A stretch of 63,989 bases of DNA, counting the filler, from Licmophora abbreviata (Eukaryota), in the NCBI GenBank assembly GCA_900291995.1. It is 9 parts of 9 records of this genome, joined end to end, with 100 filler letters (N's around TTAATTAATTAA, not from the genome) between each part and the next. Parts side by side here need not be neighbours in the genome. Positions count along the whole stretch, not along the records: positions 1 to 9,655 come from OLMU01000070.1; positions 9,756 to 22,529 come from OLMU01000073.1; 7 more parts are not named here. One strand, written 5' to 3'. Shown here piece after piece: positions 1-11,296 of this stretch. Position numbers and translations under genes: made by a program. The notes under the pieces were generated by a model. It was not told the origin of the DNA. It saw only the letters and a program-made list of their open reading frames with translations, and ran no database searches. Position 1 is the first letter of the stretch. The number at the start of each line of letters is the position of its first letter.

Positions 1-360
1 CGCTTTGACGGCGTCCACCATGGCGGAGGATAGGCGCTCTTCGGAGTTGAGGAAATCGGCCTCAACGCCCTTAATATCCACAAGCAAGTGCTGCCCCGCC
101 GGTTGATGTTCTTGAGATGCACCTCCGATTGATGTGTCAACGTGATGATGGTCCAAGTGCTGCCACTCTCCATCTATAGTAGGAGCGACGCGAGATTTAG
201 CCGAGGCGAGCGCATTGTCGACTCCACCGGGCCCAAACGCGACGCCCAGGGCGAACGCCGCTACCATTCCTGTCGCGATCATTACTAAATAGACTCGCAC
301 GTCAACAGCATAGCGCCGAGGCGTCTCTGGAAAGGCCCCGTCGGTCACTGGTGTCGCCAT
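1..360 (-). CDS. 5' part of a membrane-anchored S-adenosylmethionine decarboxylase (AdoMetDC) domain protein, probably a diatom AdoMetDC-aminopropyltransferase fusion; runs off the window edge
   Basis: Not in the ORF track because there is no stop in the window. Manual translation from ATG 360 gives MATPVTDG...VYLVMIATGMVAAFALGVAFG (TM anchor)...HQPAGQHLLVDIKGVEADFLNSEERLSSAMVDAVKA. GQHLLVD...LNSEERL matches the start of prokaryotic-type (class 1) AdoMetDC. Confidence 0.8.
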   Translation of the reverse strand, partial: MATPVTDGAFPETPRRYAVDVRVYLVMIATGMVAAFALGVAFGPGGVDNALASAKSRVAPTIDGEWQHLDHHHVDTSIGGASQEHQPAGQHLLVDIKGVEADFLNSEERLSSAMVDAVKA

Positions 361-648
361 TGTCGACGCTCTTGATTGTGCGGTGGTGTGTGTTGTTTGT
401 TGTGTTTGTCGTCGCCGTGTGTTGCTTTGATGATGTATTGCTGCCTCACGCCTGTGTATGTACTGAATTTTGCGTAGAGTTCAACATCTGTTCAAACTCG
501 AGACTTGAAAATAACATACCGTGGGGAGCACGCGCTCACGAGGTCGCATCGAAGAGCTCGTGCCTTAAATTGTACGACGACATCACTGAGAGAGAGAGTG
601 AGAGAGCTCACAAAAACACCAAAAAACATCACCGAAGTTGATGTGACC

Positions 649-1481
649 ATGCCGTCGTTCGATGAGATTCGCTCTTCCGCTACGGCCGCCATGACCAAGG
701 CCAAGGAGTCTGTAGGTCTAACGAAGCCTGAAGAACCCGAACAACCTCCAGATAGATTAGAGCAGCTTGCCGAATGCTGTCCTCAATTCACTTTTCAGCA
801 GGTACGCACAGCTGCATTCTCAACGCACACTCCGTTGTCTTTGTGTCTCACGTTGCTTCTCCTCCCAATTGCAGAGAATTACGGGGTTCTTTATTTGTTT
901 TGGGGTAGGATGTAAGTTCTTGTTGCTCTAGACGCTTCTCCGACGAAACGATAAATCGAGCGTGATCTCATTTGGTCTTTCTGTTCTAATTTTCCGACGC
1001 ACTGTAGATCTCATTACGTTCACATCGTTTCGGTTCTTCATTGAAATGGTCGAAGGAAACCCTGTTCCCTTTGCTCTGGTATACACGGTCGGAAATGTTC
1101 TTTCTCTACTCTCCACCATGTTTCTGTGCGGTCCCAAACGACAATTCAAGTGCGTGTATCGAGTTCTGCGCTGCTGTACTTGTTTTGTGTGACACATTCC
1201 TCACCCTGTCTATCCATTTGCTCCTTCCTTTCTTTCATAGAAACATGTTTGATGAGAGCCGACGTATTACAAGCATAGTGTATTTGTCCTGTCTTGCGAC
1301 CACGTTGATTCTGATTTTCCTTCCGATTGAAGACGTGATCAAACTGACGTTGCTCGTACTGCTGGTCATGACCCAATTTTGTGCCAGTTGCTGGTACACA
1401 TTGTCTTATATACCCTATGGACGAAAGACGTTTCTGAATTTGGCCAGAAGGTGGCTTGGAATTGAGCCAGGGGAAATCTAA
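649..1481 (+). CDS. SFT2: Vesicle transport protein SFT2/Got1 family (4 exons)
   Basis: Predicted exons 649-801, 875-911, 1008-1149, 1241-1481 joined by GT-AG introns. The product ...FTFQQRITGFFICFGVGYLITF...FALVYTVGNVLSLLSTMFLCGPKRQFKNMFDESR...WYTLSYIPYGR carries typical SFT2 motifs. Confidence 0.9.
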
Positions 1482-1893
1482 ACGAATGTGTTATGTGAAG
1501 ATCGTTCAGTAGTAGTTGCCGATTAGAAATAGAACTTGGTGACACATCGCTCTACGGTTGCATGGGTTCCAAGGTCGTAGCAAATGGGACAGTTTCTGCA
1601 TACATAGTCTCTAGTGCTATCAAGATCAGGTGTAAGATCCGATTCCTCTTAAATTTGAGACACAGATCTCTTCCATCGTTACATCGATCCTCTTTGAGGC
1701 GGCGTCGTGATCTCTCGAGCTTTTCGCGAGCTATCTTTTCCTTCTCGCGAGTCGAGTCCGCGCCAAAAATTCAACCGAAATCGCATCGAAATCTCATCAC
1801 TTATCACATCTTCACACCGCGCTGTGTGGTGTGGTGGCATCATCATTGCTAAGATATACAGCATCGCCACGAGATCGACTTGAGCATTCTCTC

Positions 1894-3384
1894 ATGTCCG
1901 ACACAGCGTGCATTATCTGCACGGATCCGTTATCCTCCAAGCCGCTTGGCGTCGTCGTGCCATGCGGGCATTGCTTTCACGAACAGTGCTACCGCGGATG
2001 GGAAGCAGCACGTGGCAGGAACAGTGTCTTTTGTCCTATATGCAACGGCAAGCCCAGGCAATTTATTAAACTATTTCTTCCGCTGGAGGAAATGCAAGAC
2101 CCAGGCGACGACGATGTCAGTCTAAGTTCCACTAGCACCATTGCAGCGATGGACGACGAAGAGGAGACGACCTCGAATGATGATGCAGATAACGGAAACA
2201 GGCTCGAGAATGACGACGAGAATGACGGTGCAGCAAACGCCCGATCGGATCACATTCCCTCGGAGATAGCTGAAGCTCCAGTCGACGACAGCACTGATGT
2301 CATTGACTTGCTTTCGGATTCCTCCCCACCGCGCCGTCCTCGGGCGTCGCGACGGCGACGAAGCGTTGAGTCCTCGTCCCCCGACGATCAGTATTCGAAG
2401 CTTCGACGAAAGGCAAAACGTCTTAAGAAGCGTGTGCAGTGTCTTGAGGAGAAGCGAGCGGAGTTGGTCAAGACCAGAGATGCCCTCGACGACGATAAGA
2501 AGGAGGCGCTAGCGTCCTACGACAACAAGAAGAAAGAAGTAGAGTCTCTAGAACGACACGCCCTCAAACAAGAACGTGAGTTGACCGACTCCCGGACTGC
2601 TCTGAATCGTATACGGCGTGAACGTGACGGACTCGAAAACGAACTCAACAAGATGAACGCAAGGGTCGTAACTGCTGAGTCAAACTTCAAGAAACTAATG
2701 ACGACACATCGTGAGGAAATCCAGAAAGCAGGGGTCGCACAACACGCAGAGGTTCAAGAAATGCTCGACGAGCACCCGAAGCTGGTTCAAGAGAAACATG
2801 ATCTCAGACAAGAGCTAGGACGGAGTCGTAAACGCATAGAGGAACTAGAGAGAGCATGCCGCTCGTTCGGGCCAAGCAGTTCTGCACGCGCATACGGACT
2901 CGTAGATGCCAAACCTCTCCATAGACGAAAACAGGCTTGTAACGTCGCCAAAGCTTTCCAGGAGAGTCGTGAAAAGGAAAATTGCAGAGATGAAAGCAAA
3001 CAGAAGAGGCGCGCGTCGGACGCAAAAGTTCAAGCCTTGGCCAGCAGGGCATCGCAGCAAGGTAGTCGGATGTCCCGTGCAGTGATGAAGATGACGGCGA
3101 AAACAAAGAGGCCACTCGACGGTTCGAATGGACCGTCGCGCTTGGACAGGTCGGAACCTATCGCTACTAGGCGCGCATCTTTGTCTGATGGTGCAAAGGA
3201 CGTCGCCGAAGAACCGATGCCCCTCGACACGAGCCTCTTAGTACAGATCAAGGTGAAACGACGCAAGGGTGGAACTGAAAAAGAAAAGAGGGATACAAGC
3301 AGTGCCATGCAAGCACTTTTCGGAACAAGCACAAACAAGGCATCCGACATACGACACCACTTCAACAGAAACAATTCGATGTAG
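1894..3384 (+). CDS. RING-H2 finger plus coiled-coil protein (TRAIP-like E3 ubiquitin ligase)
   Basis: N-terminal CIIC...PCGHCFHEQC...CPIC RING, then an acidic linker and a long heptad-rich coiled coil. ATG at 1894. Confidence 0.75.
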   Translation: MSDTACIICTDPLSSKPLGVVVPCGHCFHEQCYRGWEAARGRNSVFCPICNGKPRQFIKLFLPLEEMQDPGDDDVSLSSTSTIAAMDDEEETTSNDDADNGNRLENDDENDGAANARSDHIPSEIAEAPVDDSTDVIDLLSDSSPPRRPRASRRRRSVESSSPDDQYSKLRRKAKRLKKRVQCLEEKRAELVKTRDALDDDKKEALASYDNKKKEVESLERHALKQERELTDSRTALNRIRRERDGLENELNKMNARVVTAESNFKKLMTTHREEIQKAGVAQHAEVQEMLDEHPKLVQEKHDLRQELGRSRKRIEELERACRSFGPSSSARAYGLVDAKPLHRRKQACNVAKAFQESREKENCRDESKQKRRASDAKVQALASRASQQGSRMSRAVMKMTAKTKRPLDGSNGPSRLDRSEPIATRRASLSDGAKDVAEEPMPLDTSLLVQIKVKRRKGGTEKEKRDTSSAMQALFGTSTNKASDIRHHFNRNNSM

Positions 3385-3419
3385 TTTAAACAATGAGATC
3401 GACAGTAGCTCAAGCTAGT

Positions 3420-5812
3420 TTAGTACGCGACAGCGAACGTGCCGCCTGCAGAGACTCCATTTGGAACTGTAACGAGCATTGGTTGGCCCGTGGTAGGATT
3501 CTGTACTTGCAGCTGCATTCCTGCAGATACGCCAGCAGGGACCTGCGGTTCGGCGGTGAGTAGAGGGAGAAGCGGTCGGTTGGTGGAAGAAGACAACGGA
3601 TTGAAGTTCGCGAACACTAGAAGACTGGACTTTCTCACCTGAACATGAAACACTGGCGTGGCAACGACTGGGGTACTGTGCACGGCGTGCCCAGGCGGAC
3701 TGGTATAAGGAGCGCCTTGCTGTGGCCCAGCAGCTGCAGGCTGGTAAGGGGCCGAAGGAGGCGGCAAAACTGAAAGCCCTGCATATGTGTTGTAATTCCC
3801 GTAACTCGTGTCATCGTAGAACGCAGCCGATGATATTGAGTCCGCAAGACAGATCTCGCCCTCGTCGTTGATATCCAATGACAGGTCAATATCCACATCC
3901 TCGTTAAAGTCCTCGGCGACCACGTCCACTTTGCTACCAGTTATGGCCGGCAGTGGTTGTATATTGTGTCCGTGAAAGTAGTCGACCAGCTGATCGGGAA
4001 TTTCGTCCAACGTTGCCTGTGTAAGGGTGCTCCTGTTGTCTTTGTGTCGAGAAAATTCTACAAACTGACAGATGTCTCGCCCGCTGCCTTCTTGGGTCTG
4101 AAAATCATCCAAAAATTGCATCGCGTTGAAGTCTGCTTCGCCAATACCGATAATTACAATGGAAAGGGGTGCATCGCTCGCCGCCTGAATCGCTCGCTTG
4201 GTCCCATGAATGTCTGAGACGGCCCCATCTGTCAGAATCAACAAGATCGAATACGCCTGTTGACCAATCCTCTTGGCCTCGTCCTGTATCCATTAGGGGT
4301 ACACGCCACGGCTGTTAGAAAGTGACTAGAGGATGCAACCCCAGCATTTCACACTCCACAAGTAACACAACATACCTGTTTGCTTCTAGCTTGCGCAGCC
4401 GCCAAATTGATGACTTCCGAAAAAATGGTCGGCCCGCTCATCGTGAGTCCCGTCTTAAACGTAGCTCGGTACGCTTCAAGTATCCCTGAAATACCAATCA
4501 TTTCAGAAGAATGTCCCATTTGAAAGCAGTGTTGAATCACGCCACCATACTTGGCTCCAAAGCCCCATACCGGAAATTTTTGATCGGAATCATACCGCGC
4601 AACAATACTGCCAACTGCCGTCAGCGCCTTTTCGTAATCATTCAACGATCCATCGCGATTAATATAGTGCAGTGTGCCGGGTCGCCGTGGATCGCCGTTG
4701 CTTCCTGTAAAGTCCACGGCCACACACATTTGCAATTCGCACCCGCCGGTAATGTAGTCGACAAATTGGGGTCGTGAGGGTTCCGTAGGATGAGTGTAAG
4801 CGGGTCCTACAAAGGAAGGAACAGGAACAGGCAAGGGCGTAAAAGTACTAGTTGATTCTCCCATCGGTGTCTGATCAAGCGCCTGCGAAAACGGAGCAGG
4901 AGAAGCATTGGATGTCGTCGGTACTACCGCTGGCATCGTCGACACGTTGTCCTGGCCGCCACCATCGCCGCCGGAAATGGACGCGGCCGTCACGACTACC
5001 AGGCCATAGTGCGTATTCTTTCTTCTCAAACGAAAGGCATTATTTGTGTCAATCGTCTTGACATTTCCAGTTCCGGGGTGAGTTCGGGCCGCGAGCAACC
5101 CATTTACGGATGTTTCAAACGTCCCCATGGTTCGGTGCTTTCCACTCTTTTCCCAATCGAAGACGGAAATCAAAATAGGCTTATCTCGATCGCCTTCGCA
5201 CAAGTCGTTGAGCGACAGGTGCAGCGAAGGCCATGTTGGATTCAGATTATTCATGATAGGTTTGGAACGATAGACGGGTTGCCAAGTCAGACCTCCGGCT
5301 ACATTGACGCGCCGAGAGACTTCAAAGAATGGATCCGACTTGCTGAGCAGTCCATCCACATTTTTCAACTTCAGTCCCTGCAGGGCGAGTGTCATGGAAC
5401 CGGAGTCGACCTCGGCCGCCTTTTCGACTCGCGCGAATATAGTGCCACCCTTCTTGAGCTTCTTGGCTTTGATGTTGCCTCTAGCGCCCAGTAGCTCGCC
5501 GATTTCAAAGACGGCCGATCCGAGTGGCTTGTTGTGCTTGGCTTTTCGAATCTCATCGTAGATTCCGATATTGATTCGCTTGTTTTTGCCGAATTCATAG
5601 TCAATTAGAAACGTTTTCGTCCAGCGAGGCGAAAGGTTGTTCTTGATAACCTCAGTCTGACCTAGAACTTGTGGCTTCTGATTCGGACCTCTGGCGATCA
5701 AAGTAACGACGGCATATGGATCAGACGTGCCTTTGCCCAGTCCAGCAACGTTTCTGAGCTTGTGGGCGTACAGTGAGAGCTGAACGCGTGATACTTTGTT
5801 GCTTTCTTCCAT
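3420..5812 (-). CDS. Copine (C2-C2-vWA calcium-dependent phospholipid-binding protein)
   Basis: Two C2 domains (SDPYAVV, SKSDPFF, NNLNP) and a copine vWA domain (VAVDFTGSNGDP, YDSDQKFPVWGFGA, LILTDG, PLSIVIIGIG). Introns 4284-4375 and probably 3543-3638. Confidence 0.92.
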
Positions 5813-6178
5813 GTTATTCACGATGCTTGCTTCTTGTAAAATTGTGATGTGTTTGACTCGTGGTTTGCGACAACGGATGCAATATTGAATACTTCACTGT
5901 ACCATCGTCGTCCTGGCGACGGGAATGATGTGGTCGCAAACATCACGCATACGCTATCTCACTGTTCGTGCTCGAGATGAAACAAGATGCAACCGATTGC
6001 GCGCGCGATCAATATTCTGCGCAGGCAGACCTTGTTTCTCCGGGTTTCTCCTCTTTCTATGACTAATGACACGAGAATGACCGCAATTCAGGTCACAAAA
6101 TTCTGCCCCGGATTGCCATGTTGCACTCTTCTCGCCGATCGTCGTCGTAGTGGCACATTGAAATTAATATTGAAAGAG

Positions 6179-7921
6179 ATGAATTCGCCACGCAGTATAA
6201 TGAAGAACAACACACCCTATGACACCGATCTTCATCAGGAACTCTCCCATCTCAGAGAAGAATCGCAACATCAGCTTCAGGCAGCGTGGGCTCAAGTGGA
6301 ACAACTGCAATCGGAAGGATGCGACGTTGACACGCGTCTACAAGAGCTAGAGACACGGCTGAGGGAGTTGCGACAGCACAAGTCGAACTCACGTACAACC
6401 ACCACTAGTAGCAGTGGTAGTATGCGTAAGTCCCTGTCGCATAACGACTTTTCGGTGGACGGGAACGACGACGACGATGGCATATCGGATCGAGACGAAG
6501 CGCCCCGTGAAGGCATATTCCGATCGGTCGTGCGACGCATGAGCGGCAGGCACGGAGCTGCAAGTCCAGGGCGAAAGTCAAGGCCGACGCTGGATCGAGC
6601 GAGATCTGATTCGGATTTGTCCAACAGCCGAAGGAAGAGTCTCGCTGCTGAACAAGCCCAGTCCATGGACCGGTTCGATTTTCTGTTGCCGTCGCCAGAG
6701 ATGCAGGATGATCCGCGGGTGCATTTGTTACTAGACGACCGCAAGTATGCTCTTCAGGGTATTCATGACGAGTCGGAGCGCAAGTCTATAGCATTGGAAA
6801 CGCTGCAGCGCACAGTGAGTGTACAGCAAGAGATTCTACAGGAGCTGCAGGACGAACTCGACGACTACGATGCACCTAATAGACTTGCACAATTACAAAA
6901 GGACGTGATCGCAGAACGGCATCGCGTGCTCGGACTAAAAGAAGAACTCAAGCAAGAATCTATACTGCTCACACCTATCCAAGATGAGCATCGAACACTA
7001 CAAGCGGAATGGTATGAGCTTGAAGATGCTCTTGCAGACATTGAGGGACAATCGACCGATGTCCTTGAAACGTTTCGAAAGTCCATACGACAAGTGAAGG
7101 CACAAATCGAGGACAGACAGTCTAACGGAAGGCAGTTGGAAGAGAGTTTTAGCGAAGTTCTGATAAGAATACGTCAGGAAATGCTTGAGAGATATCCGGC
7201 ATCGACTGCGCATGACTTGATGAACGATATCGAGCACCAATTTGGAGTCGTTGTGGAGAAAGAGCTGGAACTGGCAACGCTACTGAATCTGCGGCAACAC
7301 AATCGCAAGACAGTAATGACGTTGCTGCAAAGAGTGTCATATTCCAAACAGAAGACCCATGATGTCGAGCAGAAGCTTGCGATAATAGCGCTTCATCGTG
7401 TCGGGGATGATCGACTTGCTGGGCAAGTGCTTTCGAATGACGTGCTCGGTCGGATTCAAGATAAGCTCCTCGATACCTCGTCTGAAATCTTGAGCATTAT
7501 CGTGGCAGTAGACGTCCCAGGTAGCAGTGCTACGACTGAGGAGATAGTTGATCACTTCATGAGCCTTGAAGCCTCTCCCGATTGGGAAATCAGGGCCTCT
7601 AATCTTTGCGCGAGTGCAATGGCGACAACACAGAAAGCTTATGTGGATACGCTGTCAGCCCTCAACGATAGAATCGACAATGGTGCGAAGGAGCATCAAA
7701 CTCTAGAGTGCGAGTTAGAGAAGATCAGAAATCAGAAACAGGCCGAGACGAAGCAAATGATGGATGAAGTCAAGCGGCTTCAATCGAGCACCCACACACT
7801 CAGCGATGGGCTAACCAAGAAGGATGATATGATCGCATCTGTCGACCGACTGCTGAAAGAGGATAGAGCAGAAGAGAAACATGTTCGACTGCACATTAAG
7901 CAAGCTACTAATACTAGCTAG
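6179..7921 (+). CDS. Hypothetical coiled-coil protein
   Basis: Long intronless ORF with E/L/Q-rich heptad stretches. The likely start is ATG 6179; the upstream in-frame ATG 5987 gives atypical sequence. Confidence 0.7.
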   Translation: MNSPRSIMKNNTPYDTDLHQELSHLREESQHQLQAAWAQVEQLQSEGCDVDTRLQELETRLRELRQHKSNSRTTTTSSSGSMRKSLSHNDFSVDGNDDDDGISDRDEAPREGIFRSVVRRMSGRHGAASPGRKSRPTLDRARSDSDLSNSRRKSLAAEQAQSMDRFDFLLPSPEMQDDPRVHLLLDDRKYALQGIHDESERKSIALETLQRTVSVQQEILQELQDELDDYDAPNRLAQLQKDVIAERHRVLGLKEELKQESILLTPIQDEHRTLQAEWYELEDALADIEGQSTDVLETFRKSIRQVKAQIEDRQSNGRQLEESFSEVLIRIRQEMLERYPASTAHDLMNDIEHQFGVVVEKELELATLLNLRQHNRKTVMTLLQRVSYSKQKTHDVEQKLAIIALHRVGDDRLAGQVLSNDVLGRIQDKLLDTSSEILSIIVAVDVPGSSATTEEIVDHFMSLEASPDWEIRASNLCASAMATTQKAYVDTLSALNDRIDNGAKEHQTLECELEKIRNQKQAETKQMMDEVKRLQSSTHTLSDGLTKKDDMIASVDRLLKEDRAEEKHVRLHIKQATNTS

Positions 7922-7969
7922 AAGATGGCCTTGCTGCACTTTATTTAAATACTTCCTCAAGTTGTAGAT

Positions 7970-9607
7970 TTACACCCTAGTAGAGCTACGTCGAGACTGG
8001 CGATTGATGTCCTTTTCCTCTTCAACGGTACGCGACTTTTTCATCATTCGTTTCAGCTCTTTTTTCAAGGCAGCCTCTCTTACCTTATGTTCTTCAACAA
8101 AGGAGGTTAGTCGACCGATTGTTTCGTTTTTCTCCTTCACTCTTTCGACTACGGTCAGCACCTCATGCTGAAGTCTGTCGAGGACAGCCTTGCTAACGGC
8201 CACATCAGTCCCACCATTTTCGACTGCTTTCTCGCCGGCATTTTGTTTCTCCTGTTTCTCCTGTTCTTGTCGGAGATGGGCAACCTCTGCTTCAAGCTGT
8301 CTGCGCTGTGATTGCAAGGCCTTGAGTTCTTCCGTTCGTTGTTCGAGAGTTTTCTTAACGACCGTCGACTCATCCCGAGATGCCCTTTCGAGCTGCTTTA
8401 TTTGATCCGTCAAGTTATCTTCTACTTGGTCGAGGGCCGACATCGCCTCCTTCTGGATCTCTCGCATCCGCTCTGAAATGGTCTGGTCCTGAACCAAGTT
8501 GGCGGCTCCAAGTCGCAGCTTGTCGTTCGTGAGCGCGTTAAGCTGGTTTCGCAGCTTCACTTCCACCAGCATCAGCGTAACCTTTATCTGGCCGTGCAAA
8601 AGCGATGCAGTTTCAAGGGTAGACAAGAGCCGTTCGCGGTCGCTGTGCACGTTGTCTTCGTCGGTGGGTCGCAACTCGTCCATGATATTCTCCAGACCTT
8701 GAACTGCATCATCGGCTTTCTCCCAGACCATCGCAACGCGTTCCAACGTTGTAAGCGTCTCCTGTCGATCCTTGGCAAGAGCATCTAGTACTTGCACAGC
8801 CTCGGCAGCAGCACCCTCGCGCATCACTTCCAGATCGCCCGTTAAGGCCGCAAGCTGTTGTTCCAGATCACCATTCGTCTCCTCAAGCCGCTCGACCGTG
8901 TCCTCCATTTCGGCCCGTTCGGTCCTAAGCCGTTCTTCGGCCTTCTTTCTCTTGTCTTTGAGATTGTCAATCTCGTCGAGGAGGTCGTCGTGGTTCTCTG
9001 GCTCGGCCGACGCCACGCTCCGTTCTCGAATGCCTATCCCGTTCTTGAGTTCCTCGATCTGGCTGTCCTTTACGATCATTTGGTCATCGAACGTAGACTC
9101 AAGTTCACGCTTTTCGTTGTCAAGAACGGCCAGTTGGTTCAACAGATCCATCTCCATGCGACATTTGTCGTCCATGACGTCGCCAATCTCCTCCTTGAGA
9201 CTCTTGACGACTTCGTCGCACGAACTCTTGACCATCGAGATTTGGTTGTTGAGAATGCCAACATGCTGCATCGACTTCTGGACTTGCCCTTGCAGGTTCA
9301 TAACATACGCAGTGTCGACGGTCGCAGGAGTGTCCATAGGAAAGTCAGTATTTTCCAGATCCCTCAAGTCACGGTACAGTTCCGCCACGCGATCCTCCAC
9401 TGCTTCCTTTTCGCGATGCAGACTGTCGACTTCGAGTCTTAGCCAGTAAAGTTCTTCCTTGTGTTTCACGTCCTGCGCGCCAATCTCTTGACGAAGAAGA
9501 ATAATCTGTTCATCCTGACGTTCCCGAGTACGCTCCAGAGCGGCGATCTTGAGATCTTTCTCCTCAAGACGTTCCTCCATGGTGAGCGCGCCTTCGTCGT
9601 CCGACAT
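7970..9607 (-). CDS. Hypothetical coiled-coil protein
   Basis: 545-aa ORF, almost entirely predicted heptad repeats. Confidence 0.8.
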   Translation of the reverse strand: MSDDEGALTMEERLEEKDLKIAALERTRERQDEQIILLRQEIGAQDVKHKEELYWLRLEVDSLHREKEAVEDRVAELYRDLRDLENTDFPMDTPATVDTAYVMNLQGQVQKSMQHVGILNNQISMVKSSCDEVVKSLKEEIGDVMDDKCRMEMDLLNQLAVLDNEKRELESTFDDQMIVKDSQIEELKNGIGIRERSVASAEPENHDDLLDEIDNLKDKRKKAEERLRTERAEMEDTVERLEETNGDLEQQLAALTGDLEVMREGAAAEAVQVLDALAKDRQETLTTLERVAMVWEKADDAVQGLENIMDELRPTDEDNVHSDRERLLSTLETASLLHGQIKVTLMLVEVKLRNQLNALTNDKLRLGAANLVQDQTISERMREIQKEAMSALDQVEDNLTDQIKQLERASRDESTVVKKTLEQRTEELKALQSQRRQLEAEVAHLRQEQEKQEKQNAGEKAVENGGTDVAVSKAVLDRLQHEVLTVVERVKEKNETIGRLTSFVEEHKVREAALKKELKRMMKKSRTVEEEKDINRQSRRSSTRV

Positions 9608-9655
9608 GATGACAAACTGTATTGAGTCTTGAATCAGAAATTAGGCCAAGACTTC

Positions 9656-9755
9656 NNNNNNNNNNNNNNNNNNNNNNNNNNNNNNNNNNNNNNNNNNNNT
9701 TAATTAATTAANNNNNNNNNNNNNNNNNNNNNNNNNNNNNNNNNNNNNNNNNNNN
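9656..9755. other. Artificial scaffold spacer (N44-TTAATTAATTAA-N44)
   Basis: An identical 100-bp spacer with stops in all six frames recurs at 22530-22629, 29204-29303, 37599-37698, 45765-45864, 49421-49520, 60921-61020 and 62486-62585. Confidence 0.98.
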
Positions 9756-9878
9756 TGTATTCCTTCCCGGTGCGACATATAATTGAGACGCTGGCGAGTT
9801 GATCACGAGTCTTTGTACATCACCTCAGGTTGGCATGGATGGACTCTATTCCATGATTGTCGCAACAACTCGAACGCC

Positions 9879-11072
9879 ATGAACAAGAGCAGATCGATGC
9901 CTGAAAAAGTGGAGGACGATGACGATGTTGGCGAGCTGGAGCGTTACGGGCAAGTCCTGAGAGAATTCGAAGACATGGAAAGAGAAAAGGATGAACCACG
10001 ACCCAGCCAGCGTCGGTCTATTCTCGGCTTTGCTCGGAGCTTGAAATCGGGAGGTCGATCTACGAGTCTGCCCTTTGTATCTCCAGTCGCGTCCAAGAAG
10101 TCCCCGAGCTCCTCTGACATTAGAAACTTAAAATGTGGTAAGTTTCGCTTCTCCGAAAGAACTCCGACAGTGGCGTCTACGTCTTCCTTCTCTTCGATGG
10201 AACACGACTCAAGCGAGCTTGCGATAGAGGCTCAATCTAGTGTCTCCATTGACGCGGATAGAGGATTAATGGATGAAACGCTTGGACGCGAGAACAGACG
10301 TCTCAAGAAGCGGATAGAAGATTTAGAACGACACATAACACAATGTCGCAATGAGGATAGTGGAGCACAGAGCGAAGAAGACACAGACAAGTTGAACCGA
10401 AAAATTCGCATCCTCAAGTCAAAACGAAAAGACGAGCGGACCAAGCTCGTGCAATTGGAAAAGATTATCAAAGCGCACAGTATCGAAATCGAGGGACTGC
10501 AGCGGGACTTAAGCGACGCGCTGGATGCGGTCGACGAACTCAAGAAACAGCGATCGAGCGATAGATCACGCATATCGAGGCTCACATCACAAGTGAAGGA
10601 TGCTCACCTACTTAGCCCCATATCCACCCTCGGGAATGTGGAGTGCAATCCGTGCAACAAGATCCCGGAGCTCGAGAAAATGCGGAAAATGCTTGATACC
10701 AAGAGCACAAGAATATTGCAGCTCCAGGGCGAGCTAGAGTATGCAAGGAAATCAACGAATGAAGATCAAGAACGTCGCCAACGTATGGTCGATCGCAGTA
10801 TCTCGCCTGAGCTTCGTGAATGCCAGACCGAATGTGCAATGCTCCGACGAAAGAACGCAAAGTTGGAATTGATTGTTCAAGAGTTGGCGGAGTGCAATGC
10901 TAAGATCAGTCAGGCGGGTTCACTGGATGACGACTTCGACGATAGTTCCCGACAAGACGATCTTTCCCATTTCGAGGTTTCAGTGAAGACGGCAGACTCA
11001 TTTGAGAAGGAGATTGGGTCCTTTACTATGGAAGGGAGTCAGACCAGTGTCGGTTTCACAGCTATGAGTTGA
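9879..11072 (+). CDS. Hypothetical coiled-coil protein
   Basis: ORF with a Ser-rich N-terminal region and a central coiled coil. First ATG is 9879. Confidence 0.7.
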   Translation: MNKSRSMPEKVEDDDDVGELERYGQVLREFEDMEREKDEPRPSQRRSILGFARSLKSGGRSTSLPFVSPVASKKSPSSSDIRNLKCGKFRFSERTPTVASTSSFSSMEHDSSELAIEAQSSVSIDADRGLMDETLGRENRRLKKRIEDLERHITQCRNEDSGAQSEEDTDKLNRKIRILKSKRKDERTKLVQLEKIIKAHSIEIEGLQRDLSDALDAVDELKKQRSSDRSRISRLTSQVKDAHLLSPISTLGNVECNPCNKIPELEKMRKMLDTKSTRILQLQGELEYARKSTNEDQERRQRMVDRSISPELRECQTECAMLRRKNAKLELIVQELAECNAKISQAGSLDDDFDDSSRQDDLSHFEVSVKTADSFEKEIGSFTMEGSQTSVGFTAMS

Positions 11073-11296
11073 TAATGCAAACGAGCCCGAATACATGCTC
11101 ATGGGCTCAATAGGCGGTGCTGGTTTTGATGTAGAATGTGGCGCTATGACGTGATGCTGTAGTAACGTGAGTATTTCTTGTGAACAGTTGTCCTATGAAG
11201 AGAAGTATGGGGATTGACTATAAAAACTTTGTACTGAAATTAGAAGTTAGCCCCAAACCATGTTGGAATATTCCATGTGAGGCGGAATCACCATCA

